Positions 48,057 to 56,964 of a DNA stretch of 64,000 bases are shown here, piece by piece. Origin of the DNA: Epithemia pelagica (Eukaryota; Protista; Bacillariophyta); contig OX337229.1 in assembly GCA_946965045.2 (NCBI GenBank), positions 3,658,001 to 3,722,000 on the forward strand. Direction: 5' to 3'. Both the position numbers and the translations under genes were made by a program. Every line of letters begins with the position of its first letter. The first letter of the stretch is position 1. Below the pieces are notes generated by a model, which saw nothing but the letters and a program-made list of their open reading frames with translations, was not told where the DNA came from and made no database searches.

Positions 48057-51007
48057 AAAGACTTGAACAAGCTCGAAAAGCGGATTTAAATTTACTAGGT
48101 GAGTCTAACATTGCTGATGACACAGAGTTTCGTTCCCCAAGTTCCGCTCTATGCTACCTTCCCAATGAGATTTCCAAGATTTTTCCCTCAAGACTGGCCC
48201 CTCCTCCACTCCAACCGATTAGCCACCCAATTCGTCTTTCCGTCATGCTTTTCATCGCCGATCACAAGCCATCAACCCCCAAGCCATCACCCTTTCGTCA
48301 CTCTATCGACGATTCTGTTGTTTTGTCCAATGCAACCTTCAACTCACAGCTGATTGAACGGTTTGATTTTGACATGCAACGAGTGATCGACAGTCACCCC
48401 GACTCCATCATCACACCCGGCTCGGAATTTCGCACAGCCCAAATTCTCGAACCACTCCTAGCCAGCCACCCATACTGGTCACGGTTTCACCACAATATCA
48501 CGCATGGTGTCTCCTATCCTCTCACAGCTGAGGAAGACGAGCCAGCCAGACGCGCTGAAAACGAGGCAATCCTCGAATACGGCAATCACGCCTCTGGTAA
48601 AAAGAATCCAGAAGCTCTCTCGAAAGTCCTCCGCAAAGACGCTTCGAAAGGTTTCTCCCTTCCAATCACCTTCGACTGTGCCAAACGTATCAAGCACAGC
48701 CGAATCAGTCCCATGGGCGTCGCTCACCAACTCGGCATCGATGCCAACGGCGACCTTGTTCCGAAAGACCGCTTGACACACGACCAGTCCTTTTCCCTCG
48801 GATTTTGCCCCTCGACCAACGACTTGATCGACCAAAGCAAATTGATTGACCTTGTGATGGGCCACTGTTTAGACCGTGTTCTCCACCAGATTGTTGCATT
48901 GCGTTGGAAATTTCCCACCGATCGCATCCTCATCAGCAAGTTTGATTGGTCATCTGCCTATCGTCGCGTCCATGGCGATGGCGATGTCGCAGCAAGGAAT
49001 ATTACCATTGACCCCTCCAATTCCTTAGCTCACCTCAATCTACGGTTGACCTTTGGAGCATCCGCCAACCCGGCCGAATTTTCCATCGTCTCGGAAATCG
49101 GAACTGACTTCTGCAACGACCTGGCCGATTTCGATGAATGGCAGCCAGACCTTTGTCAATCGCCACTCCAGGAAGGAATTGGAGGACCCAAGTATTTACC
49201 AGAGGAAGTTCCACTCGTCGCAGCATGTGAATTGGCAGTCTCTGTCCCACCACGTCCCCATGGTTTTCACGACTCATATCTGGATGATATGATCCAAGTC
49301 TTCCTTGCAACCAACCCTCACCTTGGCCGATGCCCAAGCATCGTTCCTCTCGTCGTCCATCTCATGACAAGACCAGTTGCCAAGGATGAGCCAATTACAC
49401 GAAAAGACATGCTGGAAGCCGATAAACTTGAAGCAGAAGGTGCACCCGCTGAAGAACAACGAGTTCTCGGGTGGATTGTTGACACAAGACGACTTCTCCT
49501 TCGTCTCCCAAAAGATAAACTGATTGGTTGGACCCGAGAAGTCCAACATCTTCTCAAGACCCGTCGAACCACCTTCCACAACCTCTGTAGCTTGATTGGA
49601 AAATTACTACATGCCACCAAAGGCATACCCCACGCATCCTTTTGGTTGTCTCGCCTTCGCGAGTACCAAACCTTCATTGAACGGGCGTTCCGACAAAAAC
49701 AGAAAGCAAAACCACCAGAGACGAACAAGAATCCGAAACGTCCTCGACCCAACCGAGACGTCCCTCCAGCATTCTATCGGTACTCCATTCCAGACTCCAT
49801 CGCCAAGGATCTTGAAATGTGGCCGTCTCTCCTCCAACATGCCCACAACGGCATCTCGCTCAATCGACTGGTTTGTCGCGTTCCCACCCATCTCTTCCAT
49901 GCCGACTCCTGCCCCGAAGGGATGGGCGGTTACTCGGTGCGATTCGGCAGAGCATGGCGATTCCGAATCGACCAAACAAGACTCCAAGCTCTTGCCCAAC
50001 TCGACCCATCATCCACCAACACACGCACCAACAATCTCTTTGAATACATCGCAATTGTTGTGTCAATGTGGGTTGATTGTTGGTTCGATGGCATCGAAGA
50101 AAACTCGGCCGTACTGAGTCTCTCCGACAACTCGTCCGCCGTTGGCTGGATGTACAAATCATCCTTCGGATCTGACAAGCCGTTGCATGTCCAAGTCTCC
50201 AAGAAGCTAACAGAACTTATTCTTCACCACAAGTTCTCCCTTCAAGCCGAGCATATTCCAGGGAGCAAGAACGATGTGTCAGATATTTTGTCACGACACT
50301 GGCATCTTAACGATAACGAACTTACCCTTTTTCTTCATGAAAATTTTATGTCGCAGATTCCCGAGAATTTTCACATCAATCCCTTACCCAACGAAATACT
50401 ATGTTGGATCTCCTCGATCGTGCCAGCGTGTCCCGAATCTTCTTCGGCAAGACCGAAGGAGCACACCAAAAGCGCGACCAATGTTGGCAACGATGGACAG
50501 AACATCTCGACAGGATTGGATTCGGTCACGACCCACTCCTCGAGTCCGTCAGAGCAACCAACCACAGAGCCAGCATCGCATGTTCCTTCTTACAAGCCCT
50601 CCGCGATGCCAAATACACCAAGAATCGCGACAGCTCGCAACCTCTTCGAGCAAGCACTCTTAGCCAAGCCATTGGAGACTTGGCATCGTGCTTCCGGCAT
50701 CATGACCGGCCGAGCCCCTGCCACTGTCAAGACAGCCATCACGTCCACCCCCTCGTCGCTTCCCTCAAACGCGCGTGGTCAAATCTGGATCCCCCCGAGA
50801 AACGAGAAAAAGCCGTTACTGCCAAACATCTCCGCTTTCTCTGGCTCCACAGTTGTCGCAACACCCGACTCACCAACCCACCACGAGTCTACGACTTCTC
50901 CACATTCAAGGCCGTCGTCGCCGACCTTGCCGGCTGTGGGTTCTTCTTTGGATGCCGAAGCTGTGAACTCACGACCGTACCCCACCGAGGCAAGACCAAG
51001 CTCCTAA
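48053..51007 (+). CDS. Reverse transcriptase / RNase H ORF of the YR retrotransposon
   Basis: KDRLTHDQS, KFDWSSAYRR, LTFGASANP and YLDD; RNase H ADSCPEGMGG, FEYIA, SDNSSAV and NDVSDILSR. Frame opens at 48026; first ATG at 48245. Confidence 0.93.
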   Translation: MKRLEQARKADLNLLGESNIADDTEFRSPSSALCYLPNEISKIFPSRLAPPPLQPISHPIRLSVMLFIADHKPSTPKPSPFRHSIDDSVVLSNATFNSQLIERFDFDMQRVIDSHPDSIITPGSEFRTAQILEPLLASHPYWSRFHHNITHGVSYPLTAEEDEPARRAENEAILEYGNHASGKKNPEALSKVLRKDASKGFSLPITFDCAKRIKHSRISPMGVAHQLGIDANGDLVPKDRLTHDQSFSLGFCPSTNDLIDQSKLIDLVMGHCLDRVLHQIVALRWKFPTDRILISKFDWSSAYRRVHGDGDVAARNITIDPSNSLAHLNLRLTFGASANPAEFSIVSEIGTDFCNDLADFDEWQPDLCQSPLQEGIGGPKYLPEEVPLVAACELAVSVPPRPHGFHDSYLDDMIQVFLATNPHLGRCPSIVPLVVHLMTRPVAKDEPITRKDMLEADKLEAEGAPAEEQRVLGWIVDTRRLLLRLPKDKLIGWTREVQHLLKTRRTTFHNLCSLIGKLLHATKGIPHASFWLSRLREYQTFIERAFRQKQKAKPPETNKNPKRPRPNRDVPPAFYRYSIPDSIAKDLEMWPSLLQHAHNGISLNRLVCRVPTHLFHADSCPEGMGGYSVRFGRAWRFRIDQTRLQALAQLDPSSTNTRTNNLFEYIAIVVSMWVDCWFDGIEENSAVLSLSDNSSAVGWMYKSSFGSDKPLHVQVSKKLTELILHHKFSLQAEHIPGSKNDVSDILSRHWHLNDNELTLFLHENFMSQIPENFHINPLPNEILCWISSIVPACPESSSARPKEHTKSATNVGNDGQNISTGLDSVTTHSSSPSEQPTTEPASHVPSYKPSAMPNTPRIATARNLFEQALLAKPLETWHRASGIMTGRAPATVKTAITSTPSSLPSNARGQIWIPPRNEKKPLLPNISAFSGSTVVATPDSPTHHESTTSPHSRPSSPTLPAVGSSLDAEAVNSRPYPTEARPSS

Positions 51008-51765
51008 CCATCGGCGACGTCGTCTTTTACACAGCAAAGAAACATGAAACAATCGCCGCAAATCATCCAGACTTCCACCACCTCGTGAAATACGTATCAA
51101 TAACCTTTCGCGAACAAAAGAAGAACCACAAAGCTGAAACTCGCACCCAGAGCAGAACGAATGACCCAATCCTCGACCCCGTCCTCCTCTGGGGCCGCGT
51201 CATTCGTCGGATCCTCCACTACCGTCCGAAAGCTCCCCCATCCACGACAGTAAATTGTTGGTTTGACCCATCCAACCCATCCCTTCCCCCACGCTTTGTC
51301 CGACAAGAAGACACTCGCAACCTGCTACGCAAAACCTGTGTATTGGGCGGCGGATTCAACGCCTTTGGCTACCACCCAATGGATATCGGCACGCACTCTC
51401 TCAGATCAGGAGCCGCCATGGCCCTGTTCCTGGCTGATTGTTCCGTCGTCAAGATCATGATTCTTGGTCGATGGAGCTCGACCGCCTTCATGAAATATAT
51501 CCGACCACAGGTTCTTGAATGGACCACGGGCATGGCCCAATTAATGCTCAACACCACCGACTTTTGGCACGTTGACAACTCAACAACAGCTTCCCGCATC
51601 GCCTCCTTGGAACAACTGCGGAACCGACTCGACAACCTCGTTGATCCGGCCCTTCAAACGAACAGCGAGACTGCTCTCGAATCACCGGATGAAAACCTCT
51701 TTAACACCTTCAATGGCCAAGATCCCCAACATCACTTCCCCACCACTCTCCATCTCGACTTCTAG
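50401..51765 (+). CDS. Tyrosine recombinase of the YR retrotransposon
   Basis: FFFGCRSCE (catalytic R), HSLRSGAA (HxxR) and GRWSSTAFMKYIR (W/Y). ATG at 50401. Confidence 0.93.
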   Translation: MLDLLDRASVSRIFFGKTEGAHQKRDQCWQRWTEHLDRIGFGHDPLLESVRATNHRASIACSFLQALRDAKYTKNRDSSQPLRASTLSQAIGDLASCFRHHDRPSPCHCQDSHHVHPLVASLKRAWSNLDPPEKREKAVTAKHLRFLWLHSCRNTRLTNPPRVYDFSTFKAVVADLAGCGFFFGCRSCELTTVPHRGKTKLLTIGDVVFYTAKKHETIAANHPDFHHLVKYVSITFREQKKNHKAETRTQSRTNDPILDPVLLWGRVIRRILHYRPKAPPSTTVNCWFDPSNPSLPPRFVRQEDTRNLLRKTCVLGGGFNAFGYHPMDIGTHSLRSGAAMALFLADCSVVKIMILGRWSSTAFMKYIRPQVLEWTTGMAQLMLNTTDFWHVDNSTTASRIASLEQLRNRLDNLVDPALQTNSETALESPDENLFNTFNGQDPQHHFPTTLHLDF

Positions 51766-51809
51766 CCCAGCTGGACATCGTTGGATTGTAATATCGGGTT
51801 TGATGGTAG

Positions 51810-51983
51810 TGGAGCCATTTTTTGGTTTCAGAGGCCTTCGGCAAAACTATGTGTCTATCGTTTAGATTTAGAATCTTGTTTACAAATCTCAACGGACCAA
51901 GTTTTCGGTGACAGAAACGACTGCGATCTCTCGGACAGACCGAAACGGCACGTGCCAAGGATGTTTGTCGTAGTGTCTCTTCG
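51810..51983 (+). repeat. Split direct repeat B1 (174 bp)
   Basis: Matches 52253-52426 except A51917 vs C52360. Confidence 0.95.
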
Positions 51984-52231
51984 GTGTCTGTACTGGGTGG
52001 AGTGACGTGGCCGATGCTGGCCAGACTCCGCGACCGACAACAGAGGTGCGACTGCTCCGCCTCCTCGACGCGAGGCGAGCATCCGATTTGATTCCCACAA
52101 TCGGAAGTTTTAGGATGACCCTGATGCAGAGTCGTTGGAGCGTGAGAAGAGCTCACTCTTCTTGGGTTCAGCATCTTTGCAACGACTACGAGACGAGTTC
52201 GAGATCGCAACGATTCTAGTTAGCTAATCTT
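51983..52231 (+). repeat. Split direct repeat A2 (249 bp)
   Basis: Copy of 44317-44565, abutting B1. Confidence 0.95.
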
Positions 52232-52252
52232 AAAATTTCCCCTTCCCCGCCC

Positions 52253-52426
52253 TGGAGCCATTTTTTGGTTTCAGAGGCCTTCGGCAAAACTATGTGTCTA
52301 TCGTTTAGATTTAGAATCTTGTTTACAAATCTCAACGGACCAAGTTTTCGGTGACAGAACCGACTGCGATCTCTCGGACAGACCGAAACGGCACGTGCCA
52401 AGGATGTTTGTCGTAGTGTCTCTTCG
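52253..52426 (+). repeat. Split direct repeat B2 (174 bp)
   Basis: Copy of B1, separated from A2 by a 21-nt spacer. Confidence 0.95.
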
Positions 52427-52436
52427 CGACAGAAAC

Positions 52437-52513
52437 CCCTCGGTATCAGTGTCCACTGCTTAGCTGTTTTTTGTCTGTGCCACCTTCACAGGTTCCCAAG
52501 TGGACACAGACAG
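52437..52513 (+). repeat. Left terminal inverted repeat (77 bp)
   Basis: Inverted match to 60903-60979. Confidence 0.9.
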
Positions 52514-52662
52514 CATTTTGCGCTTTTGATGCAAATAGAAATTATCAAATTGCAAATTGGCACGCATGCCCAGCTGAATTTTTCGACGTTTGAAACGGAC
52601 GCAAGCCCAACAAGCGTCCCCTGCGTGGATGACGGTTGGTTGTTGCATAATTCGGGGCAAGC

Positions 52663-53072
52663 AGTTATGGAAATCTATGTGCACAACGGTCAACGGCCAT
52701 TACGCACCACCGTATGTGTGACACATTATGTGCAACACACAATGTGTATCGCACCTCAGTCGATCACACATTATGTGTTAGCAATTTCTTTTGGATCACA
52801 CATTATGTGTTAGCAATTTCTTTTGGTCGGTTAGTCTATGTGCATCTCATGTGCTACATGGACTATACATGTGGATGCGTTCCAGTTTGAAAATCCACAA
52901 GAGTCGTCGTTCGAAATAACTTTAGTCTAATGCTCACAATCTTAGAAATTGTCCAAATTGCATTACCATCGTATTACCATCGTCCTACTGGCTTGACCTC
53001 ACGAGCTTGATCACCTCAAGAGCTCAAGCTAGTCTACAGTAAGTGTTACTGCCATCTAAGTTTTCCTTTGCT
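52663..53072 (+). repeat. 5' LTR (410 bp, AG...CT)
   Basis: Four mismatches to the 3' LTR: 52701 T/A, 52977 C/T, 53053 C/T, 53069 T/C. Confidence 0.96.
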
Positions 53073-53085
53073 GGTTCTGAGCCCA
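53073..53085 (+). other. Primer binding site, half-tRNA type
   Basis: GGTTCTGAGCCCA directly abuts the LTR and resembles the copia-type GGTTATG(G/A)GCCCA site complementary to a tRNA anticodon arm. Confidence 0.7.
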
Positions 53086-53472
53086 AGATAGTGCCTAGCC
53101 AAGCCGACGCAACTCTGCATCCTCGAGTGAAACGTTTCAACCATCGAAGACATCTCACCCACAAGCACCGGAAGCTCGTTTAGCTTTCTCGATCTGTGGG
53201 GAGAACAACAAGATCCTACCGACGCCAACCAAGGTCCAACCGATCGTCCAGCACCAAACCAAGGTCCGACCGACACTAGCGCTAACCAAGATCCCACCGA
53301 CTCCTCCAATCCAAGTCCAACCGATCTAAACCGTCTAACTGACCGAAACCCCCGTCCAGCTCGTCCAACTGTCGATACCACTCTGCCTCCAACTGGTGCT
53401 CCACCCTCTGGCCCTCAAGACTCCAACCGAGACCCCACTGACCCAACTGAGCATCCAACCGAGCCTCCAACC

Positions 53473-56400
53473 ATGGCGGAATCCCGAGACTACACCCCGT
53501 TCAAACCCACCCCTCCGAAGATGGGTGGCCTAATCCAAGTCAAGCATGATCTCTTCTCTGCTTGGACCGGTGGCAAACCCAAGGACAAATGGGAAGATGG
53601 CCTTGTCACCCCTGACGGGTACCAGCAACCATCCCAGCAGCGACCCTCTTACGACGACAAGGGTTTTACTACTCGGTGCACGGGATTTGACACCAAGTTT
53701 GACAAGACCGACAACCTCCAGCTCTTTTCAAGGAATTTGTTGGATCATTTTCAGACTCATGGGATGGATTCCATCACGTACCTACCCGACCCGTCCGACG
53801 GTAGCATGGTTTGCGCCCTGACCCACCACACCAGGTTCACTGTGGACGCCGTCAAGACTTCGATCGAACCTCAACTCAAGGAATACGATCAGTACGACAA
53901 GTCAAACGATCGCGGCGCTCGTCTCACATTGTTGGATAGCTTGACTCCGAAGCTTCGTCTCGAAATGGAAGAACGCATGCCCGATGAACCGAACTTTCCC
54001 CTCCTCTGGATGATGCTCATTCAGATCATCCAGAGTGACTCCATGGGAAAATTCGCTCGTATAGAAGCCGAGAACAAGTCCCAACACCCGAAACAATACG
54101 CCGGTCAGAACGTTGCTGAAATGGCTCTCGCCATTTCCAGCCGCGCCACTACGTTGCACACCGCCGACCTCTTCAACCACCAGTTGAATGCCACGATTCT
54201 CAAGCAATTCCTCATGGCCGATGGGAACAATGAGTATCGCTTTGAGTTGATGAAGGTCCAATCCGAACTGAACAAGGCTTTGAAACAAGAACGCTTCATG
54301 ACCGACAAGACAGCTGCGAACGATTACCTGAACAACCTTGGCCTTGGCTTTCGCCAGATCTGCCAACTCGCTGAAGACAAGTATCGTGAGGCTTTGGGCG
54401 ACGGCGATTGGCCACCTGCTCGTAACAACAAGGACTCCAAACTTCCCCCCGCCGGCTACTACTCTACGACTGAGTTGAACGCCCTTGTTCAACATTTCTC
54501 CTCGTCGTCCACCAAGTCCAAGAAGTCTGGTTGTTACATCTGCGGTGCCCCCGACCATTGGGCAGCCGACTGCCCCCACAAGCAAGACTCTGATTCTGGC
54601 CGTCCCTCCGGTTCTCGTCCCCCTCGTGGTGGTGGTCGCGGCGGTCGTGGTGGTCGTGGTGGTCGTGGTGGTCGCGGACGTCGCGATTCTCGTGGACACC
54701 ACCAAGGACGCTCTGGTCGTGGTGGTGGAGGGAGAGGATTCCCAAATCGCTCCTCCCGCACACGCGAATTGGCCCCGTGGCGTACCGTCCCTCCTCCTCC
54801 AGGCACTCCTGAAACCAAGGAGTACAATGGTCGCACCTTCCACTGGTGTGCCAAATGCACTCCTCCATGCTGGAATACGACGCATTCCACGTCCCAACAC
54901 CGTGGTTCCACCAACGAAATCCACCAAGCCAACACTGGGTCCGTCTCCCAGGCACGACCGCTCCCCTTGGACCCGTCTGCCTGGATGGTTGATTGTGATG
55001 TCCGAAGCTTGAATTTTGAGGATTGGACTCCAGTCGTCAATGGCTCCACCAAGAAACCGACGACTGCCCGCTCCCCTGTCCCTGTCAGCAACTCGTTCGC
55101 CCTTTTGACCCTTTCTGTTGAAAACAAGGACACCAAACCGTCTGCTCTGGAAGACGACGCGATGGATTCCAAGCCTCCTGCCCTCAAGGATCCACCGGTT
55201 CGCGTTTTTACAGTCCTCAACGACTCCGACGACACTCCTGCAGAAGACTTGATCTACCCGCCTGAGGAATTTCCTCACTCTCTTCCCGAAGCCCACAACC
55301 TTGCCTTCGCAGTCACTCCAAGCCCTCAAGCCGTATCCACCTCCACTCACAAGAAACGTCCTCGTCGTGTCATGCCTCCTAGTCCATTCGTTCATCGCTC
55401 CACCAAGAAAACCAAGAAAAACAAGTCCCCAAAGCACAAGTCTCCACGTTCCACCAAGTCGCCGCCCTCCAAGAACCCGTTTGTTAGTTCCAAAAGGAAG
55501 AACCATCCGTCTCCGTCTCACCACAAGACTCCAGCGTCGCGCCATTCGACACCTCGTTTTGACACTCTTTGCTATGACACTTGTTCTCCTGTTGACAGCC
55601 CCAAGATCTTTCGTCCTCCGTCACCAGCACGTTGCACACCAAAGATTTCGAACCGTCTGCCTTCCTCGGCTTCTCCGAATCTTTCCAGTCGCACAACCCG
55701 TGGCCACTCTTCACCCCACAGTGGTCGTGTCAACTCGACCACTTCTCGTCCGTCGTCTGTCACGATTTTGGATACTCTTGTTGTGTTTCTCATTCTTTGG
55801 TTTGTCCTTTGGATCTTCACCCTTCCAAGCGCTACCTTGTGGACCTTCATTACCATCTTTCCTGGTCTTTGTCTTTGGATCGGATGTACTGGCATTGTCC
55901 TTGCTTTGTGCCACAAGTTGGAGTTTGTTCACATTCAAGACTTCAAGTCTCCTCTTGGTCGTCAGATTCGTGCCTTCGCCGATGCCGCTCCGCCACCGTC
56001 GCCATCTCGACGTGGTTCCCAAGTCACCTCCGTTGCCCCCGGTGGCGCCACTCGTCATCGCCGATCCCGTGCCTATCCACTCCGTCTTCGTCGTCACCAA
56101 GCCCACCTGGACAACACTCCCCCGCCGATGTTGTCGCACCTGGTCAATCCTATTCGCCAGTTGATTGCCGATTGTCTTTTCGTCGTGGTCTCTCGTCGCC
56201 GTGTGGTTCAACTCCTTTGCCGATGTTGCTCTTGGTTGAGTCGTGTCGCCAACGCTTTGTTAGAGGGAGAAGAAACCATCAACAACACCAACACTTGCGT
56301 TCCTGACACAACAAAACGTCGACGCCAACGCCGTGGTGATCGCATCCGTCGCCAACGACACCGTCGCCAATTCATTCACCAACAACGACGCCGTGGTTTT

Positions 56401-56964
56401 CGTCCTACAAGTCCACGACAATCTCCACCTCGTCCTGTTGGTTGGCCACACAACGTTCCACCGAACCGTCGCTTTGATTTCAACGTTCCCAAAACCGTCG
56501 CCAAACCTCCGTTTGGATCACCTCTCCGTCCATCCAAGCACCCGAAATATCCACCAACTGCTGCTGCCTTCATGTTTTCTCAGGCTGATGCTGACGCCCT
56601 ACTCAAAGCCAGCCTTCAGTCTCCTACACAACTACGAGCGGCCATGCCCGACGGTGCGTGCTACCCTATCGTTTGGGATTCGGGTGCGAGTGTCTCGATG
56701 AGTTTCTGTGAGGACGACTTCCATGGTACCTTGGATACCTCTCCAGAAACAGTGGAACAATTCAAAGTAAACGGTATTGCAAGTGATGTTGAAGTGAAAG
56801 GACGAGGAACCTTCCTGTGGCATGTTTTGGATACATCAGGAATGCTCAGAGCGCTGAAAGTGCCTGCTTTATACATCCCAGAGGCCAAGATCCGCCTTCT
56901 CAGCACTTCCAGTCTCCTTCAAACCTACCAAGGAGCACCATCTCCATCAATCCACGTGGTTTGA
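53473..56964 (+). CDS. Copia Gag-protease ORF with a hydrophobic insert
   Basis: CCHC knuckle CYICGAPDHWAADC, RGG repeats, an HWCAKC...H motif, a TM-like segment and aspartic protease IVWDSGAS. Confidence 0.9.
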   Translation: MAESRDYTPFKPTPPKMGGLIQVKHDLFSAWTGGKPKDKWEDGLVTPDGYQQPSQQRPSYDDKGFTTRCTGFDTKFDKTDNLQLFSRNLLDHFQTHGMDSITYLPDPSDGSMVCALTHHTRFTVDAVKTSIEPQLKEYDQYDKSNDRGARLTLLDSLTPKLRLEMEERMPDEPNFPLLWMMLIQIIQSDSMGKFARIEAENKSQHPKQYAGQNVAEMALAISSRATTLHTADLFNHQLNATILKQFLMADGNNEYRFELMKVQSELNKALKQERFMTDKTAANDYLNNLGLGFRQICQLAEDKYREALGDGDWPPARNNKDSKLPPAGYYSTTELNALVQHFSSSSTKSKKSGCYICGAPDHWAADCPHKQDSDSGRPSGSRPPRGGGRGGRGGRGGRGGRGRRDSRGHHQGRSGRGGGGRGFPNRSSRTRELAPWRTVPPPPGTPETKEYNGRTFHWCAKCTPPCWNTTHSTSQHRGSTNEIHQANTGSVSQARPLPLDPSAWMVDCDVRSLNFEDWTPVVNGSTKKPTTARSPVPVSNSFALLTLSVENKDTKPSALEDDAMDSKPPALKDPPVRVFTVLNDSDDTPAEDLIYPPEEFPHSLPEAHNLAFAVTPSPQAVSTSTHKKRPRRVMPPSPFVHRSTKKTKKNKSPKHKSPRSTKSPPSKNPFVSSKRKNHPSPSHHKTPASRHSTPRFDTLCYDTCSPVDSPKIFRPPSPARCTPKISNRLPSSASPNLSSRTTRGHSSPHSGRVNSTTSRPSSVTILDTLVVFLILWFVLWIFTLPSATLWTFITIFPGLCLWIGCTGIVLALCHKLEFVHIQDFKSPLGRQIRAFADAAPPPSPSRRGSQVTSVAPGGATRHRRSRAYPLRLRRHQAHLDNTPPPMLSHLVNPIRQLIADCLFVVVSRRRVVQLLCRCCSWLSRVANALLEGEETINNTNTCVPDTTKRRRQRRGDRIRRQRHRRQFIHQQRRRGFRPTSPRQSPPRPVGWPHNVPPNRRFDFNVPKTVAKPPFGSPLRPSKHPKYPPTAAAFMFSQADADALLKASLQSPTQLRAAMPDGACYPIVWDSGASVSMSFCEDDFHGTLDTSPETVEQFKVNGIASDVEVKGRGTFLWHVLDTSGMLRALKVPALYIPEAKIRLLSTSSLLQTYQGAPSPSIHVV

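Larger units (their letters stand above)
44317..52426 (+). mobile_element. Tyrosine-recombinase retrotransposon with split direct repeats (Ngaro/PAT-type DIRS order)
   Basis: Layout A1-(gag, RT/RNase H, YR)-B1-A2-spacer-B2. No TSD, as expected for YR integration. Confidence 0.93.

Noticed and set aside
52655-52670. Alternative TG...CA LTR boundaries
   Set aside because: The bases outside AG/CT differ between the two LTRs, and the TSD, PBS and PPT all abut the AG/CT ends.
52715-52830. Palindromic repeats as a CRISPR array
   Set aside because: No unique spacers, only 2-4 units, located inside both LTRs of a eukaryotic retrotransposon, and no cas genes.
53902-55545. 547-aa antisense ORF over copia gag
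   Set aside because: V/G/R/T-rich mirror translation expected from the C-rich, codon-biased sense strand. No recognisable domain, and it starts without gene-like context.
56925-56945. Programmed -1 gag-pol frameshift in the copia
   Set aside because: No slippery heptamer, and it falls at the end of protease rather than after Gag. A 1-nt deletion is the simpler explanation.
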